Source: Intoshia linei
Taxonomy: Eukaryota; Animalia; Orthonectida
Reading direction: 5' to 3'
DNA: 50,173 bases
NCBI GenBank assembly: GCA_001642005.1
Contig: LWCA01000122.1
Coordinates: forward strand, 1-50,173
Part shown: positions 26,377 through 40,840 of the stretch, in pieces
Layout: each line of letters starts with the position of its first letter
How positions within the stretch are numbered: position 1 is the first letter of the stretch
The notes under the pieces: generated by a model
What the model was told of the DNA's origin: nothing
Databases searched by the model: none
What the model saw: the letters and a program-made list of their open reading frames with translations, nothing else
Position numbers and translations under genes: made by a program

Positions 26377-29300
26377 ATGCCGTTATCGTTTGAAATTATG
26401 ATTCTGACTGGAGAGGGACTAAAAGATTTGGATGAAATTGTTTTCTACGAGAACGTTGAAAAAATTGATTTGAGTTTTAATAAATTATCTGAATTTATTA
26501 ACATACCAAACTTGTTAAATTTAATGGATTTAAACTTGTCAAACAATCAAATTAAGTCAATAAAACCAATATCTCACCTTTTTTCTTTACAAATTTTAAA
26601 ATTAAATGATAACAAAATTTCTGAAATTGGATATTTAGCAAATTTAAGGTTTTTTAATTAATATAAGTTCTAAATTTCTTAAATTAGAAAATTAAAAAGA
26701 TTACATTTATCAAACAATGAAATTGTAGACACCAGTAATTTGAAAAGTCTTCACGGAAATGATTACAATTTGCATGAATTGTATTTAGACGGAAACAAAC
26801 TATCAAATTTGCAACAAGTTTGTAAAGATTTGTGTGGTTTAGTTCATTTAAATAAACTAACTTTGTACAGTGTTGATGGAAAAAGTATTAACCCGTTGTG
26901 TTGTGAAGATGGTAAAAAATATTTTATGATACAAATATCCAATTATTACTTTTTTTAAATAGACTATAATCAAAAAATTATAACAAGTTTACCAAATTTG
27001 GAAATTCTGGATGGCATAAGTGATATTGAAATTATTACGTCCGTTCAAAAGGCGTATATTAAACCTAACGTTAAAGGTTACATTTTTATTTTTTACATAA
27101 AAATTGTATAATTTTGATTTTTCAAAATTTCAATTTACATTTTTTATTATTATATGTAAGGTTTTTACGCAATTAAATGAATCTATATTGTAGATGTCTA
27201 AATAATATGCGATAACTCAAATAAGATCAATTACCACATCAAAAAATATGTATATTTTTTAAAAATAAAATTTACAATACCTTAGAAATTTACTTTTTGT
27301 AAAATTGCGTAAATTCAGTTATGCCGATGTACAAAGTACATAGGTGTTACCAACATTTTTGTAAAATAAATTATTGCAGAGTTGCCAGCTCTTGGGGTTT
27401 TATCCTCAAGCCTAGACGACGGCTAAATTATTATTTTAAAATTCCCACTTTTATCTCACCATTAATAAATGTAATAATATTTAATAAAAAATACCATTTC
27501 AAATCCTTTATTTAAAAATCCCTTCTTACGATTTTAGAAAAACCTTTTAATCCAACTCCAAAAAAATCGAATTTTACCAACTCTTATGTCTTAAAATAAC
27601 GTAAAATTTCTTTTCTACATATTCAGTTTACATTTTAGAAATTAGTCATTTACTTATTTAAAAAAATTTACTGGTACCAGCAAATCCACCACCCTTGCCG
27701 ATGTATGCTATAATTTGAAAAAAAATTTTAGATGTGATGGAAGAAAATTTTCAATCCCAAACAAAGGTATAATTAAATGTAAAGAGTTGAAATCATCTTT
27801 TTATTATCCATTTCACAATTCCAAAATGCACGTTTACGTTTCCATATTCCGTTTTGAATTTTTAAAAATTTTGGGTCACAAATATTAATAAAATACTATT
27901 ATAAAAGCTATACTATTAATACTTTATTTCCGAATATCTCACATTGAAAACGCATTTGCAAAAAACAAAAATATTAATTAGATAATCTAAAAATTGAATA
28001 TTAACATTTTAAAAATACAAATGTTCACAACCCTTATGGCCTACCATACCAAAAATTTTATAATGTTTCAACTTGAAAAGATTTAATTTTTTCTCAACTC
28101 TAAACTTTTGTAACCGGTTTAGTAAATTTTGATAATTGACGAATAATTTCAGACAAAAAATTTTCTGCACCACTGCTCTCAAATTTTATTTCGAAAAAGT
28201 AACTGTTTAAACGTAATTAATGTATATTAATTAGAATAACGAAATGGAAGAACTTTTTAAATGTTTCATATCAAAAAAAATGAAAAATTATTTTAATAAA
28301 TTTCAAAAAGAAAATCCCCACATGAAAGGTATGTTTTATCAATGATAGTCAATTACATCCGAAAATATGTAAATTTGAAAATGGGTCCCAAATAAATACC
28401 TTTAATTTTTACTCGAAAATGTATTTTTATTTGGCTACAGATTAAAATGTAATAAAATATGTATGTAAAATAAAATAATGTAGTTATAAAAAAAATTTAC
28501 TATTGATACTAATTTTTAGATTCTTCTTCAAGCGACGAAGAAAATGTAAAATATAAAAAATACAAAAAGTAATTTTAAATTGGTGGATAAAATATTTAAA
28601 ACTAATGAAAAATCAATTAAAATAAAACTTAGAAATAAAACAAGTAAAACCCAATCAAAATCCTTTTTAAATCGCAAAAAGGAAGTATCGAAATATTCAG
28701 TAAAAATTTTTTACTAATACAAAATTGAATGTTTGCGTTTATGATTATTTAAAAAAATCAAATTCTAATAGATTTTCATAAGATGCAAGTCTCATAAATT
28801 TCACATTTGATGAACAAAAACGTAAATGACAATTCTATCACTGATTACTTTGGAATTTATTTCATTAAATGTTTTTTAGGACTTGGTAAGAGATTTGGAA
28901 AAATACAAAAATATGAGTTATTTGTCGGAACAAAAAATTATAGAATTAAGTCAAGATTTGACTAGTGAAAGTAATCATATATATTATAGATTTACATTTA
29001 TCAATAATTAAAATTATAAATTTTTCAATTTTAACTCTAATCAAGATAATAAAATGTTTAGAAATATTGAATAATACCAAAATCGCTGAGTTTAGAACCA
29101 TTGAGCTAGAATTTAAGGAACAAATATCAAAATTATCAGTTGATTTTGATACAAAAAATAATGAAAATAAATTACTGGAAGAAAAATTGGAAAAAGTAGA
29201 AAATTTACTTAAAAAAAACACTGAAGAATTTGATAAAGTATCAAATAGTTACAAAATTAAAATTTCTAAAATTGAACATGACCAGGAAGAAATCAATGTC

Positions 29301-32300
29301 ATTGCCACAAAAATGGTAATTTGATTTTATTTATAATATTAATTATTATAGATCTTTAAATATATTTAAACTTATTTAGAAAATGAAAATTGATGAATTA
29401 AGAGAAAAATGTTGTAATTATCTAGCAGTAATGAGAAAACATAAATACGAAAAAATACAACTAGAAAATCAAATATCAACATTGAATGAAGCGTTAACGG
29501 AGATGGAAAAATCTCACAAGTAAGTAAATGATTAAATAAATTAATTAAATAAAGTAAAAATTATAAACCCTACGCTTTAGGGTAGGACAGAAACTTTTTG
29601 TATTTATTATGTAAATAAGAATTTATTTATAATAAAGATACGACAAATAAAATAAGATAGATAAAAAAACCATAAGATGAAAAAGGTTGAGGACCTTTGG
29701 TTCAAATTAGTGATTTCCAAATATACCTATGTATAAAAATATACATACCATTTCATTAAAATAATTTTGCGGACCCATGTATTTGTAATCTATTTTTCAA
29801 ACTCGTTAGGATAAACCAGGCATCCACGTATTAGTGAAAACTGTTCTAAATTATTATATATACATATTAACAATACTTATTGATTAATTTGTTCTAGTGC
29901 TGATCTTGAAAATAGAATTCATCTTAAAAGTCCGCAGTTTCGACAAGAAATTTTCAAAAAAGTATCGCAAGTAGAAGAGAAATTTAAATTGGAGATGGAT
30001 ACATTTAAAAAACAGTATTTTTAAAAATAAAATATGTAAAAATTAAATTAATGTCAAACCAGAATTAAAAAATTATTAACAAATTAAAAAAAATTTTACA
30101 ATTTATGAAATGAAAAAATAAAATTGCGTTGCTGGTAAATATTACCTGTTACTAATTGCGCCAATTTTAGACAATAGAAATTTTATTTTTACATAACAAC
30201 TATTATATTTGTGGCAATATTGTTTTAATTAACCAATCAGAACCTTTTATTTTTGGCGCAATTCGTAATATAGTACAGGTAATATTTTCAAATAAATAAA
30301 TATTTTATTTTCAATTATACTTTATTTAACTTTTATTCCTGATTATATTACAAATGTAATGTTGCAATTTTACCTTTTATTTTTTTATACTATAATCAAT
30401 TCTTTATGTGATTTATAGAAACGAATGCGAAATTTCAACCTATATACGACGTGTCAAGAATTTGGAATTGGACATTTACAATGAAAAAATAAAAAATGAA
30501 ACTGTAATCACATTAAATAAAACATTTTCGATTTTGAGTTTAGATGAATCTAGCCAGTGAAGAAACCAACAAAACTGTGATAGATTTAAAAACTAAAAAC
30601 ATTCAATTGGAAAATTGCATTAAAAAGTCTAGTTTAAAATATGAATCGGTAATTCTAAATATTGAAATATTTTAAACTTATTTTATAAGATTAGTTACTA
30701 GACTATTTAACTCGCTTATAATAAGTGGGTTATTTATATTAACCTTATACTTGCAACTCACGGGTATATATAATATTTCTTTACATATGTTGGGAACTAT
30801 ATTCTAAGTTAGAATTGATAACTTAGGGGCTTATAAAAAATTTAATTTAAACAATTTTGATTACTTTTTTATTAGAAACTAAAAGAAACGGAACAAAATT
30901 TAATATACGCTAAAGATGAAGCAATAATTGATCAAACATCAAATAAGGTAAATGATATAGCAATTCTTACCAGTTATGCATACTGACCAGTATTCATCAT
31001 AAGTAAATAAATCATATCAAACATATTTCATCCATTAATCATACCAAAAAGATGATTTTAAATGGTTCCTCATAATAATACAAATATATGTCACTGACAA
31101 TAGATATATTTTCATTTAAAATTTAAAACTAAAAACTAAAAAAGTTTTATAGACCTTAAAAGATAATATTTACATACATTTTAATAATTATATAAATAAT
31201 AATATGTTAATATATGAAATATTTTTGAAAAAATTATTATGATATATATTTATTTATTTCATATAGAATCTAATTGACGATTTGAACGAAAAGCTTTCAA
31301 ACAGTTATGAAAAATATGAATCAATTGCCAATGTAAATTTTGTACAATAAATTTAAAAATAATTAATCCTAGGAATTCAAAAAATTTAAAAATGAATATT
31401 GTAAATATAAATTGGAAAACAATACAATATCATCCAATAATGAAACTTTACAGAACGAACTAATGACAAAACGTAATTACATTATATATAAATACAATTA
31501 GAACGTATTAACAATGTAATACAATCTATAAAATCTGAAATATAATTGAATAAAATTATGTATTAGAAGAAGAAATTGATAAATTAAAAAAGAATCTCAC
31601 AAATAAAACACAAAATTTTGAAAATGAAACTAACACTTTAAAAAATAATTTCGAGGTATTGTAAATGAAACATTTATTTTAAAAAATTTAATGAAAACGA
31701 TCATAATATTGTGAAAATTTAATAATACAAATATTTTTAATTTAGATTGAAATTAAAACAAAAACTAATGATCACGATGAAATTTTAAAAAAATTGAAAG
31801 AATCACACCAAGTTTTATTAAAATAAGTATTTATTAATAACAATTTTAGATTAATTTAGAAAATCAAAAAATGTATAAAAACTTGAAAGAAGAGATTAAA
31901 AATGATGGCGACAAAAAAATGAATATCATAAATTCATTACAAGTATTTACGTTTTAAAATTTAAATTATTAATAACATAATGTACATTAAATTTATATAA
32001 TTTTGTTATAGGAAAATATTTATAAATTAAAAGATAGAAAAAATGAACTGAAACAAGAACTTATGGCTAGATACGAGGAAAATAAATATTTGAAGGAAGA
32101 GAATATGTAAAATATGAATTATATTTCTTAATACAGTAAAATTTCTCTTATATGACGATTTTGATATTAAGAGTCTTAGGGGTTAGACGTTAAAATTAAA
32201 ATGTATATTTAAAATTTTAATGATATTTAGATCCAAAGATAACATTTGTATTGCAAAATCAACCGAAATTGTTCAATATGAAAAAAATGTTAAAGAATTA

Positions 32301-33822
32301 AAAAGAAAATTTGAAGAAATTGAGTCAGAATTTATATCCTCTTATGAAAAGTTTATATATTCAAAATATTCGTATATTTTATACTTATAGGAAACTAGCT
32401 GAATCCATCAAAAAAATTGAGACTGAGAAGAACATTGAATATATACAATTCAATGAAAAGTATAATTCATTGCTAAACCAGGTAATTCAGTTATTATATT
32501 AATTACACCATGGGGTTACCACTATGGGGACCATGAATAATGAAATTTTATCGTAAATCTATCAGGATATTTAAAAAATTATAAAAAAATATATTTATTA
32601 TCGTTTGTATAAACTCGCTAATTCAGTATCGACTAGGGAATGATATCCGATTAATCGAAAACCCGGTTAATCTCTTACAATAATCAGAGAAAATTAATCG
32701 GAATATATTTCGAATAATCGGATTTTCAAAAATTTCATAAATATATTATTTAAGTCATATATCACATTACTATTTACTTTAAAGTGAATTATTCAATCTT
32801 AATTTTTTGTTTGTCAACATTAATTAAATTTAGTAACTTGGGGTTTTGACTCTGAAGACATAATTAATTTAAAAAATTTTGAAATTTATGATAATTTTTA
32901 TGATTTTAAAATTTGTATCAGCGTATATTTGTTTTTAAAAATTCTTTAACTTGTTTGACTTTCAAAAAAAAAGACAATTGGGGTTTTTAACCCGTAAGAT
33001 GTGAGTTTGGGATGTTGAAATTTATTTTGCGAACAGCCCCGGTAAAAACTGTAATTGAAATGTGGACTTTATAAAATTTTAAGACGGGTAGTTATTTAAA
33101 TAAAGTAGAACACACACACACAAACAAAAATCGCGTAGCATATTATATAAGTAAGGATTATTGGTTTTTATGTTAAAAATTTTGAATTCCGATTAATCGG
33201 ATAATCGTTTTTCAAATAAACGGAATTATTCAATAACCGGTTTTTCAAATTTTCGAATAATCAGGATTCCATAGTACCGACCATACATTTTATTGTAATA
33301 TTTTTTATGCTTATTTTTACTCTATTTTGCCAGATTCTCGATTATGACAAAATTATGCCAAGTCCCAAAATTAGCCAATTTAATAAAGTATTATATATGA
33401 AAAATCTGATAAACGTAACCGTTTTTACAAACATTTACTTGTATAAAATAAGTTGCCAAAAATGTGTGTTTGTGTGTGGCCATTTATTGATTAAAGGGAT
33501 AGTCCCAGAAAATTTGAAAACAGAAATTTTAAGTTAACTTTTTATATCGGAGAAAGTAAGATAAATTTCAATTTTAGAAATTTACATTTTCACTATGAAA
33601 ATCTTAAGTTACTTTTTTTAATGAAAAGATTTAAAAACATTTGCACGGAAGACTTTTGTGATAGGACTTCCCATAATATTAACATAAATCAGTACATAGA
33701 CGTATGCGACTATATTAATATTTCGTTTTTAATAGTTCACTGATTTACAAAATACAAATGCAATCAACGAAAAAAATTTGAAAAGGATTAGGAAATGTTT
33801 AAAAATCTCGGAAATGGAATGA
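26377..33822 (+). CDS. LRRCC1: Leucine-rich repeat and coiled-coil domain-containing protein 1 (centriolar, Vfl1 family)
   Basis: N-terminal SDS22-type LRRs, then LHGNDYNLHELYLDGNKL...LCGLVHLNKLTL...DGKSINPLC...LPNLEILDG (exons 26377-26648, 26688-26911, 26963-27076). Many K/E-rich coiled-coil exons follow, ending at exon 33736-33822. The middle exon boundaries are approximate. Confidence 0.82.
32634..33273. mobile_element. hAT-type MITE carrying a nested Helitron-like fragment
   Basis: Ends TAGGGAAT.../...ATTCCATA; 8-bp TSD GTATCGAC/GTACCGAC; subterminal CGATTAATCG/CGAATAATCG motifs at both ends. Confidence 0.65.
32838..33157 (-). mobile_element. Helitron-like repeat, copy B (reverse, 3'-truncated)
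   Basis: Reverse complement of the first ~320 bp of 25694 and 48911. Confidence 0.75.
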
Positions 33823-36800
33823 AAAAAATGTATTATAATCATCTTAATTTTTTTTAAATTAAAAATTACCTTGTAATATTTTGTACTATTATATTTATCC
33901 CAGTTTATCTTATATATGGAAGCACCATTTTGACTTATTTTTTTAAATATAGAAAAATAAAATACAATTCTAAATTTTGCCCAAAAAAAATAGTATGTTT
34001 GATATATTAAACTAAATATGATTATCATTCACAACGGGGTTTATGTCCCCCGTTGTCACAAAATTTTACGAAAAATCCTACTAAAAAATTAACAATTTCA
34101 AATATGACCATTCGTGTCTTACCAACTGAATCAATTTAGAAAAAAGTGAATTGGGCAATAAAAATTCATAAATAAAACTTTTTATACATGTAATAATTTT
34201 AATCTAGTTGAAGAATTTAGCTTAAATTTAACATTAAGGATATAATTTTAGTACAAACACTACAAATAAAAGTTGGGTCTATTTTAGAATAATTTACTTG
34301 CCATTTAAAAATTGGATTTATCTTATCAAAAATATAATAATACAAAAAATGTTTAAAAATATGATATTTCAATTGAATAAAATATCAATTCAAGATTGGA
34401 TTACTATGATTAATGTGTATTTTTACTTTTCAATATATACATAAAGTCAATATTAAATCAAAGTTAAATATTAGACACATACATGTGTCACGTAATCCGA
34501 ATTTTTCAGATGATTCAAGTTCAACAATTGACATTCAACGTTTTTTTTTAAAATAAATTTTCAAAAGTACGATATTTATCTTATAGAAGAGAATTTAAAT
34601 ATTTAAATTTTAAATATGTTATTATATATAACATTTAACACATAACACATAATATGTTATATATAATATAATAATCAATTTATTGAATGAACTGGTCAAC
34701 ACAATTCAATTTCAGATACATGTATAGATGTATTTCTACATGCTATTAGAATAATATGATGCTGTTTTTTGTTGCGACAATGACGCGCGCACTTTTAAAA
34801 AAGAGTAAAATAAATAATTGGCCCATTCCTTATGAAATCAATGTGATATTTAAAAATGTTGCTTAATGTTCATGTAAACGTAAATTGGATGATATGCTTT
34901 GTTATCTCATAGCATACTGATTTACACGTTGCTGAAAACTGCGAATATTACTTAAATATTGCTAAAAAGTATCAATTATTTTGAAATAATGGAAAAAGAT
35001 TATTATTGAACTAAAATTGAAAAGTTTTCCAAGTCATAGCCTATAGATAAAAGGATATACCCAAGACTCTAATTAGAAAAATCAATATTATTGAAACGTC
35101 TTAACAATTATTGACTTTGGGACTAATTAGTTTTTGAAATATTCAATATTACGCATCATAAATTTTGGATAAGAAATTGATTATTTAAAACGGTATATAT
35201 AATGAAATCAGAAAAAATCCATACAAAAAATTAATTGAGGAAAAAAAATTTAATTAATTCTACATTTCTTTAAATTTAAATTTGTTTGAGAATGTTATAT
35301 AAATTGAAAGAAGTAGTTAAAATAAGTTTGATAACATGAAATATAGCATGAAATAAAAAAAACAGTTTAAAATACATACATGTATTACTGTAATTTACAG
35401 TAAACATTTCTGTAGAATTATAGTATTAAATGTATACAATACTGTATGGTGTATTGCAATTTTTGATAATATCACATTGCGTCTTTATAAAAATTGGTAA
35501 AATGTCAAAATAGTGGGTGGACATTACGCCATGAATGTAAGCGTCAAATTTACTTTCAATTAAAATTGGGCCAAATTTGATTTTGTACTACATTTATAAT
35601 CAATGTAAATACCTTCACATACAATGAAAATAGCCACGCCTAATATATTTTATATCCATATATTTCTAATCATAAGTAACAAAATGAGTTGAAATGTCTA
35701 TTCGACTTTTTATAAACATGTTAATTGGACGCTTCTGTCAAATTATTCTTTATTCAATTTCCAATCTTAACAAATTGTGACATGATATTTACTTTCAAAC
35801 AATCAAATTAACACTTTAATTTAAATCTTGATTCTAATTTAATAAACATCCGACAAAATTAATTGCATTTTACTACACCTCAATGAAAAATCAAATTGAT
35901 AAAGGTATCATTATATTATAAATGATTTTAACGATTACGCTACATCGCTCATTAATTATTTTCCTATTGATGAAAATCCTATAAATGTAAATGGCATATT
36001 ATGATAAATGCAATGTACGCATAATTAGGTAAAATTACGTGTATTAGATTAATTGTATTAATTTAAAAAAATATTCAAGAAATTTTTTTTCAGTGTGATT
36101 CCATTGAAATCAACGTGTTATTTTAGGAGTAACTTGTATTATTACATTTTAATAATACATTATATGCATTATTACTAGTACATGTAGTGTGCTTTATAAA
36201 TATTTCATATTTATTTAAGTTAGGATTATTAAATGTATATTAAATTTATATAAAAATATTTAAATTTTATACAATCACCGACTCTGTCATTTTCACTAGG
36301 CAGCCAAACTACATACTCAGTACGACCATCAATAAATCAAGCTTTACATATGGGTGCATAGAAAATGAGGTACGTTTAAACCCAGGAGGACGGGTAATTA
36401 TATTTTTGGTTTTGAGCTTTTCATTACGCTGCAGCGTAGCTGCATTAACTATTTACATGTTAATAATAATCAAAATTTATACTCAAATTTTCAATTCAGT
36501 ATTTATGTAAACTTTAAAATGCCAGAGGTATCATTAATATAATTGTATATTATCAAAATAAACGTATATAAATGTAATTGATTTGAATAGATTTAGTCAA
36601 GTATCGTATTACATTATTGTAATAACAAAATAAATGAAAATTATTCATGTAACCTGAAAATTTCTCAAATTATGGCCATCTTTAATGTTTAATCTTTTGT
36701 AGAAATTAAATTTTCACAATTTTAGAAATGATCAACAATAAAACACGTCATTTTTTGTGTAAATATTACTCTCCCCTCAAGACTAACCACATGACATGAA

Positions 36801-38331
36801 AAGATGAAACATTATTTTGATATAATATTGATGTATATCGAATAATACCAGTTCTTTCATTCATAATTTAAACTTTAATGTTTTTACAAGGAAATTGAAA
36901 ACAGTGGGATATTTATTACAATTTTATACTCGAATAGAAAAAGTATACCTAAAAATCATTTATGTGTAAATATTACAAATTATGTAATCTATAACTACAT
37001 TTTTATAAAGAAACGAAAAACGATTTAAATTTAAACAGTCTAAATTTCACTTTAGACTTACAGGTTTTGAAATACAGATAGAACCAGGGGTGTGGTGTAA
37101 GCAAAAACAGAGCGATTATTTTTATTAATTTGATAGTTAGCTAATTTTGCTTATTATTATACATATTAGTAATTTAAGATATAAATATATTATATTTATT
37201 GTATTATGTATTTTCAGGAACCCCTGGGTATTATAGTTCGCACTAATGTGTTTAACTTAGTGTTTTTAGAATCTCAGTAAGTACTAAATACTTAAAAAAA
37301 TTTGATGAATATTTAGTTTTCGTTGACAAAACGTAAAAAATTCAAAACATAAAATTAATGTTTCTGATTTTAGATGGAAATAGGAAATAAATGATATTAT
37401 TTACAATAAATAACTAATATTTAGAGGAAGATAATATCGGAATTTTATAAGAAATTAGTATCATTAAAAGTAGATAATTAAATTTGTTATTAACAAAAAA
37501 TTGGTTATAAATTAATTTTTGTAGACATGAAGTTTTTATTGTATTTTAAAATTCAGTTTCTGTCTTTAATTCTGGCGTAATCCTAGTTCTATGAACAAAT
37601 TTGAATAACCTCACATCAGAAAATAATCTTTCACTGATGCACTAGTTGCAGGTATTGATAATTTAATTATTTATTAAATGCAATTTTCCAATGCATTGAT
37701 TAACCTAATTAATTAATATTGAAAAACCAATCCGATTGGAAAAATTAATAATTTTTAAAAATAAGCTTATTCTTAAAAGTACTGAGTTTCAAAACTAAGT
37801 AAGGATTTTATAAAATCAATACAAAAAAAATCCAATAACTCAGTAAAAGTAAAACTAAGTACAGTTTGACCCCGCGATTTGGGGCACTTTGCTAATGTAA
37901 TGTAAATTTCTTAACATTTACAGCTATCGCATACCAATTAATTTGAAATTAACCCTGTTTTGCGGCAGAAAATATTAGAAATTTAATTTATATATTTATA
38001 TTAAATTTAAACTATATTTACTTATTCTTGTAATGCCAAAATTAAATTATTCTAGTAAATTAGAAATTGCAAAATTATTAAAAAATGGTAAATTATCAGA
38101 AACAAAATTATCCGAAATGTTTAAAACTAAATAATAACAAATAATAAAAACGAAAATAAATAATATTTTAATAAATTATTTTTGTATAGTTAAAATCATT
38201 GATGTTTACAATATGCTTGGTGTCTTTTTTCTTATTATATTAAATATTCAATCTTATCTAAATTTTAAAACATTCAGGTGATCTAGCTGTGTAAGTTTAC
38301 ATACGAATTTAATTATTGTTATCGTCTAGAT

Positions 38332-38773
38332 CAGTGGTTCCCAAAAATATGTTGTCGACCCACCCTAACAGTATACATATATTTTTAGAAAAGATCAATT
38401 AGTACAAAATAGTAAATATGTTTATTATGTTATTATAACAGCTATTAGAAAAATGTGATCTTTTAATATTACTGGTTTTATTTTCGTTATAAATCATTCT
38501 TTAATATAGTTGACACCTTAGTATACAAACAATTGTAAATTTATGATTGTTCTTTTTTTTATATATACGTGTTATTGTCTCGTAAGGATTAATAACATTT
38601 AAATTTATTAGAGTCCAAAATTAATCCGAATTTCAAGAATATATTAATTAACATATCTTTTGTAAATGTCAAATACAAAATCAAATTAATGTTAAAAATT
38701 GTAATTTAATTTTAAATTTTTTTTTAAACCTGCGGCCCATCAGAATCTCAAGGCCCCCATTTGAGAACCACTG
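38332..38773. mobile_element. hAT/Charlie(Buster)-type MITE
   Basis: TIRs CAGTGGTTCCCAA / TTGAGAACCACTG; perfect 8-bp TSD GTCTAGAT. Confidence 0.85.
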
Positions 38774-39621
38774 GTCTAGATCAGTGGTTCTCAATGTGGG
38801 TAGTAGCGTAATCATAATTTTTAGACGTTGATCAAATGACAGATATGGTTGATGTACAAAGTTCTATATCTGAGCAAGGACAGCTTAAACCTTAAACTTA
38901 AAGGTTTAAGTTGTTCTTCTAATATATGGTTATACATTGAACTTAATTATTTTTATTAAATAGCTCTGTATTTGGGACATTTTGCTAAAATTGCTGCCAT
39001 AAACCGGGGTCGGACTGTAATTATTAAATAACTCAGTACTCAGTAAAACTCAGTACTTTTTACAAAATTTGAACACACTAGTTCGCACAGTGTCACTGGC
39101 TGCTATATAAAATTTTTGATAAAGTGATCATGCCCTCGTGTTTCCGCATAGTATTTTTAAAACAACAATTTAAACTTTTTGGTACCATCTTTACAATGAT
39201 ACCTTAATTATATTTAACTAAGTTTATCTTAATTTATGCAACTACCATGTAAAAAAATATCTAAATAAGTGTAAAATAAGGTTAATATAAATAAGATAAA
39301 TTATTGAAGATTGTTCAATAGTATGTATCAGGGTTCCCAAACTCATTTTACTCACCGCTCTCTTTTTAGCAATATATTTTTTCCAACGCCCCCTTGAAAA
39401 AATTTTCGACTACGTCGTATATGTATTTAAAAATGAACTAAAAACAAAAATTTAACCTAAAAAAAACTCAATAAATAACGAATTATTTTTGATTCAATTA
39501 TTACGAGATATTTCTAATGTCGATATTTAATATTATTGAAAATTATATTATAATAAAATTATTCATATTATTGTATATGTCAATTAAAAAGGAATATATT
39601 TATTACTGTCACTGTTTATAT

Positions 39622-40152
39622 CAGTGGATCCCAAACTTCTATAAAAATATCCCCTTACAATTAAAAAATTTATCAAGCTCCACTCTATCTATCTAAAATT
39701 CAACAAAATCTTTTTTTGAATATAAATAGGATATGCATTGCATATCCTATATTATGCAATTTATTTTATAATAATAAGAATATTAATGTGAAAAATAGAT
39801 CTGATGTTGATCCACAATTTTTTTATTTCTGGTTTTATGTTAGTCAACATCAATCATAAATCTTTGTGGTCGAATCTTTGCAATATATTCCTATATTTGG
39901 TCAATAAATTTATTACAACACTGAATCCACATTCAACGAGTTATGATGATGGAAAAGTTGTCAGCATATCTTCTTTTTTATATTATTTAGATAAGAAACT
40001 TTTGTCTATAACTCATTCCGTTATTTTAAAGTTACTTCTTTCAATAAACTACTTCATTGTTAATATAATTAATAAAAACAGAAAAGTAGCTACGTGAACT
40101 CAAAAATCGATTGTACACCCCTTGGGTGCATGAATCCGGTTAAGAACCACTA
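39622..40152 (-). mobile_element. hAT/Buster deletion derivative retaining a decayed transposase C-terminus
   Basis: Ends CAGTGGATCCCAAAC and GGTTAAGAACCACTA. Minus strand 39800-39970 reads LTTFPSS*LVECGFSVVINLLTKYRNILQRFDHKDL*LMLTNIKPEIKKL, like the hAT dimerisation domain. Confidence 0.75.
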
Positions 40153-40840
40153 ATGTATGGTGAATATTGAGATATAAATATAATGATATATTATTTATAA
40201 TTATTAGTGCAATGTAAATTATAATTGATGATTATTAATAATAATAAGCAATAATATATTAATATATAATATTATTGTTTGTCTTATACAATTGCAATTG
40301 GGCAGAAATTCCTGAACAAATAAATTTTATTTTTTACATTATAACTTTTATTTTTTCTAATGATTTATGAAAAAATCCATATTAACCACACTGGATTAAA
40401 TGAATTAATCTTACCCATACTTGACTAAGAAGCCAAATGCAACAAACCGTGTTTGTAGGTGTTTTATGACTCTTTTTGGCGGGTTATAAATTCAATCCTA
40501 AAATTAAAAGAATATATGGATAGTCCATCCATGACATGTCCACTGGACATTGTTCGGTCATTGTTAGTAAGTAGCACAAACAGACAATATCTTTAAATTA
40601 TAATTATACTAAATTTTAATTTATAATAACAATCAATGAAAAAGTATGTGAGTAAATGCCATGTAATATATGCAAATACTTAATAAGATAAGTTAAATGT
40701 TTTGAGGGATATCCGAAAATAAAATCAATAAAATTACAGCTTTCAAGTATATTTTAGTTGATGTAAATTTATCAATTTATATTAATTTTCATAAATTATT
40801 CATAGTGCATAATTTACAGTGCTCTCAATTTAAATTTTAG

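Noticed and set aside
27194-28821. Two candidate LRRCC1 exons (about 27194 and 28772) containing in-frame stops, suggesting a pseudogene
   Set aside because: The flanking exons join in phase without them, so they may be intronic; RNA data would be needed to decide.
39804-40097. 97-aa plus-strand ORF
   Set aside because: It is antisense to a decayed hAT transposase C-terminus.
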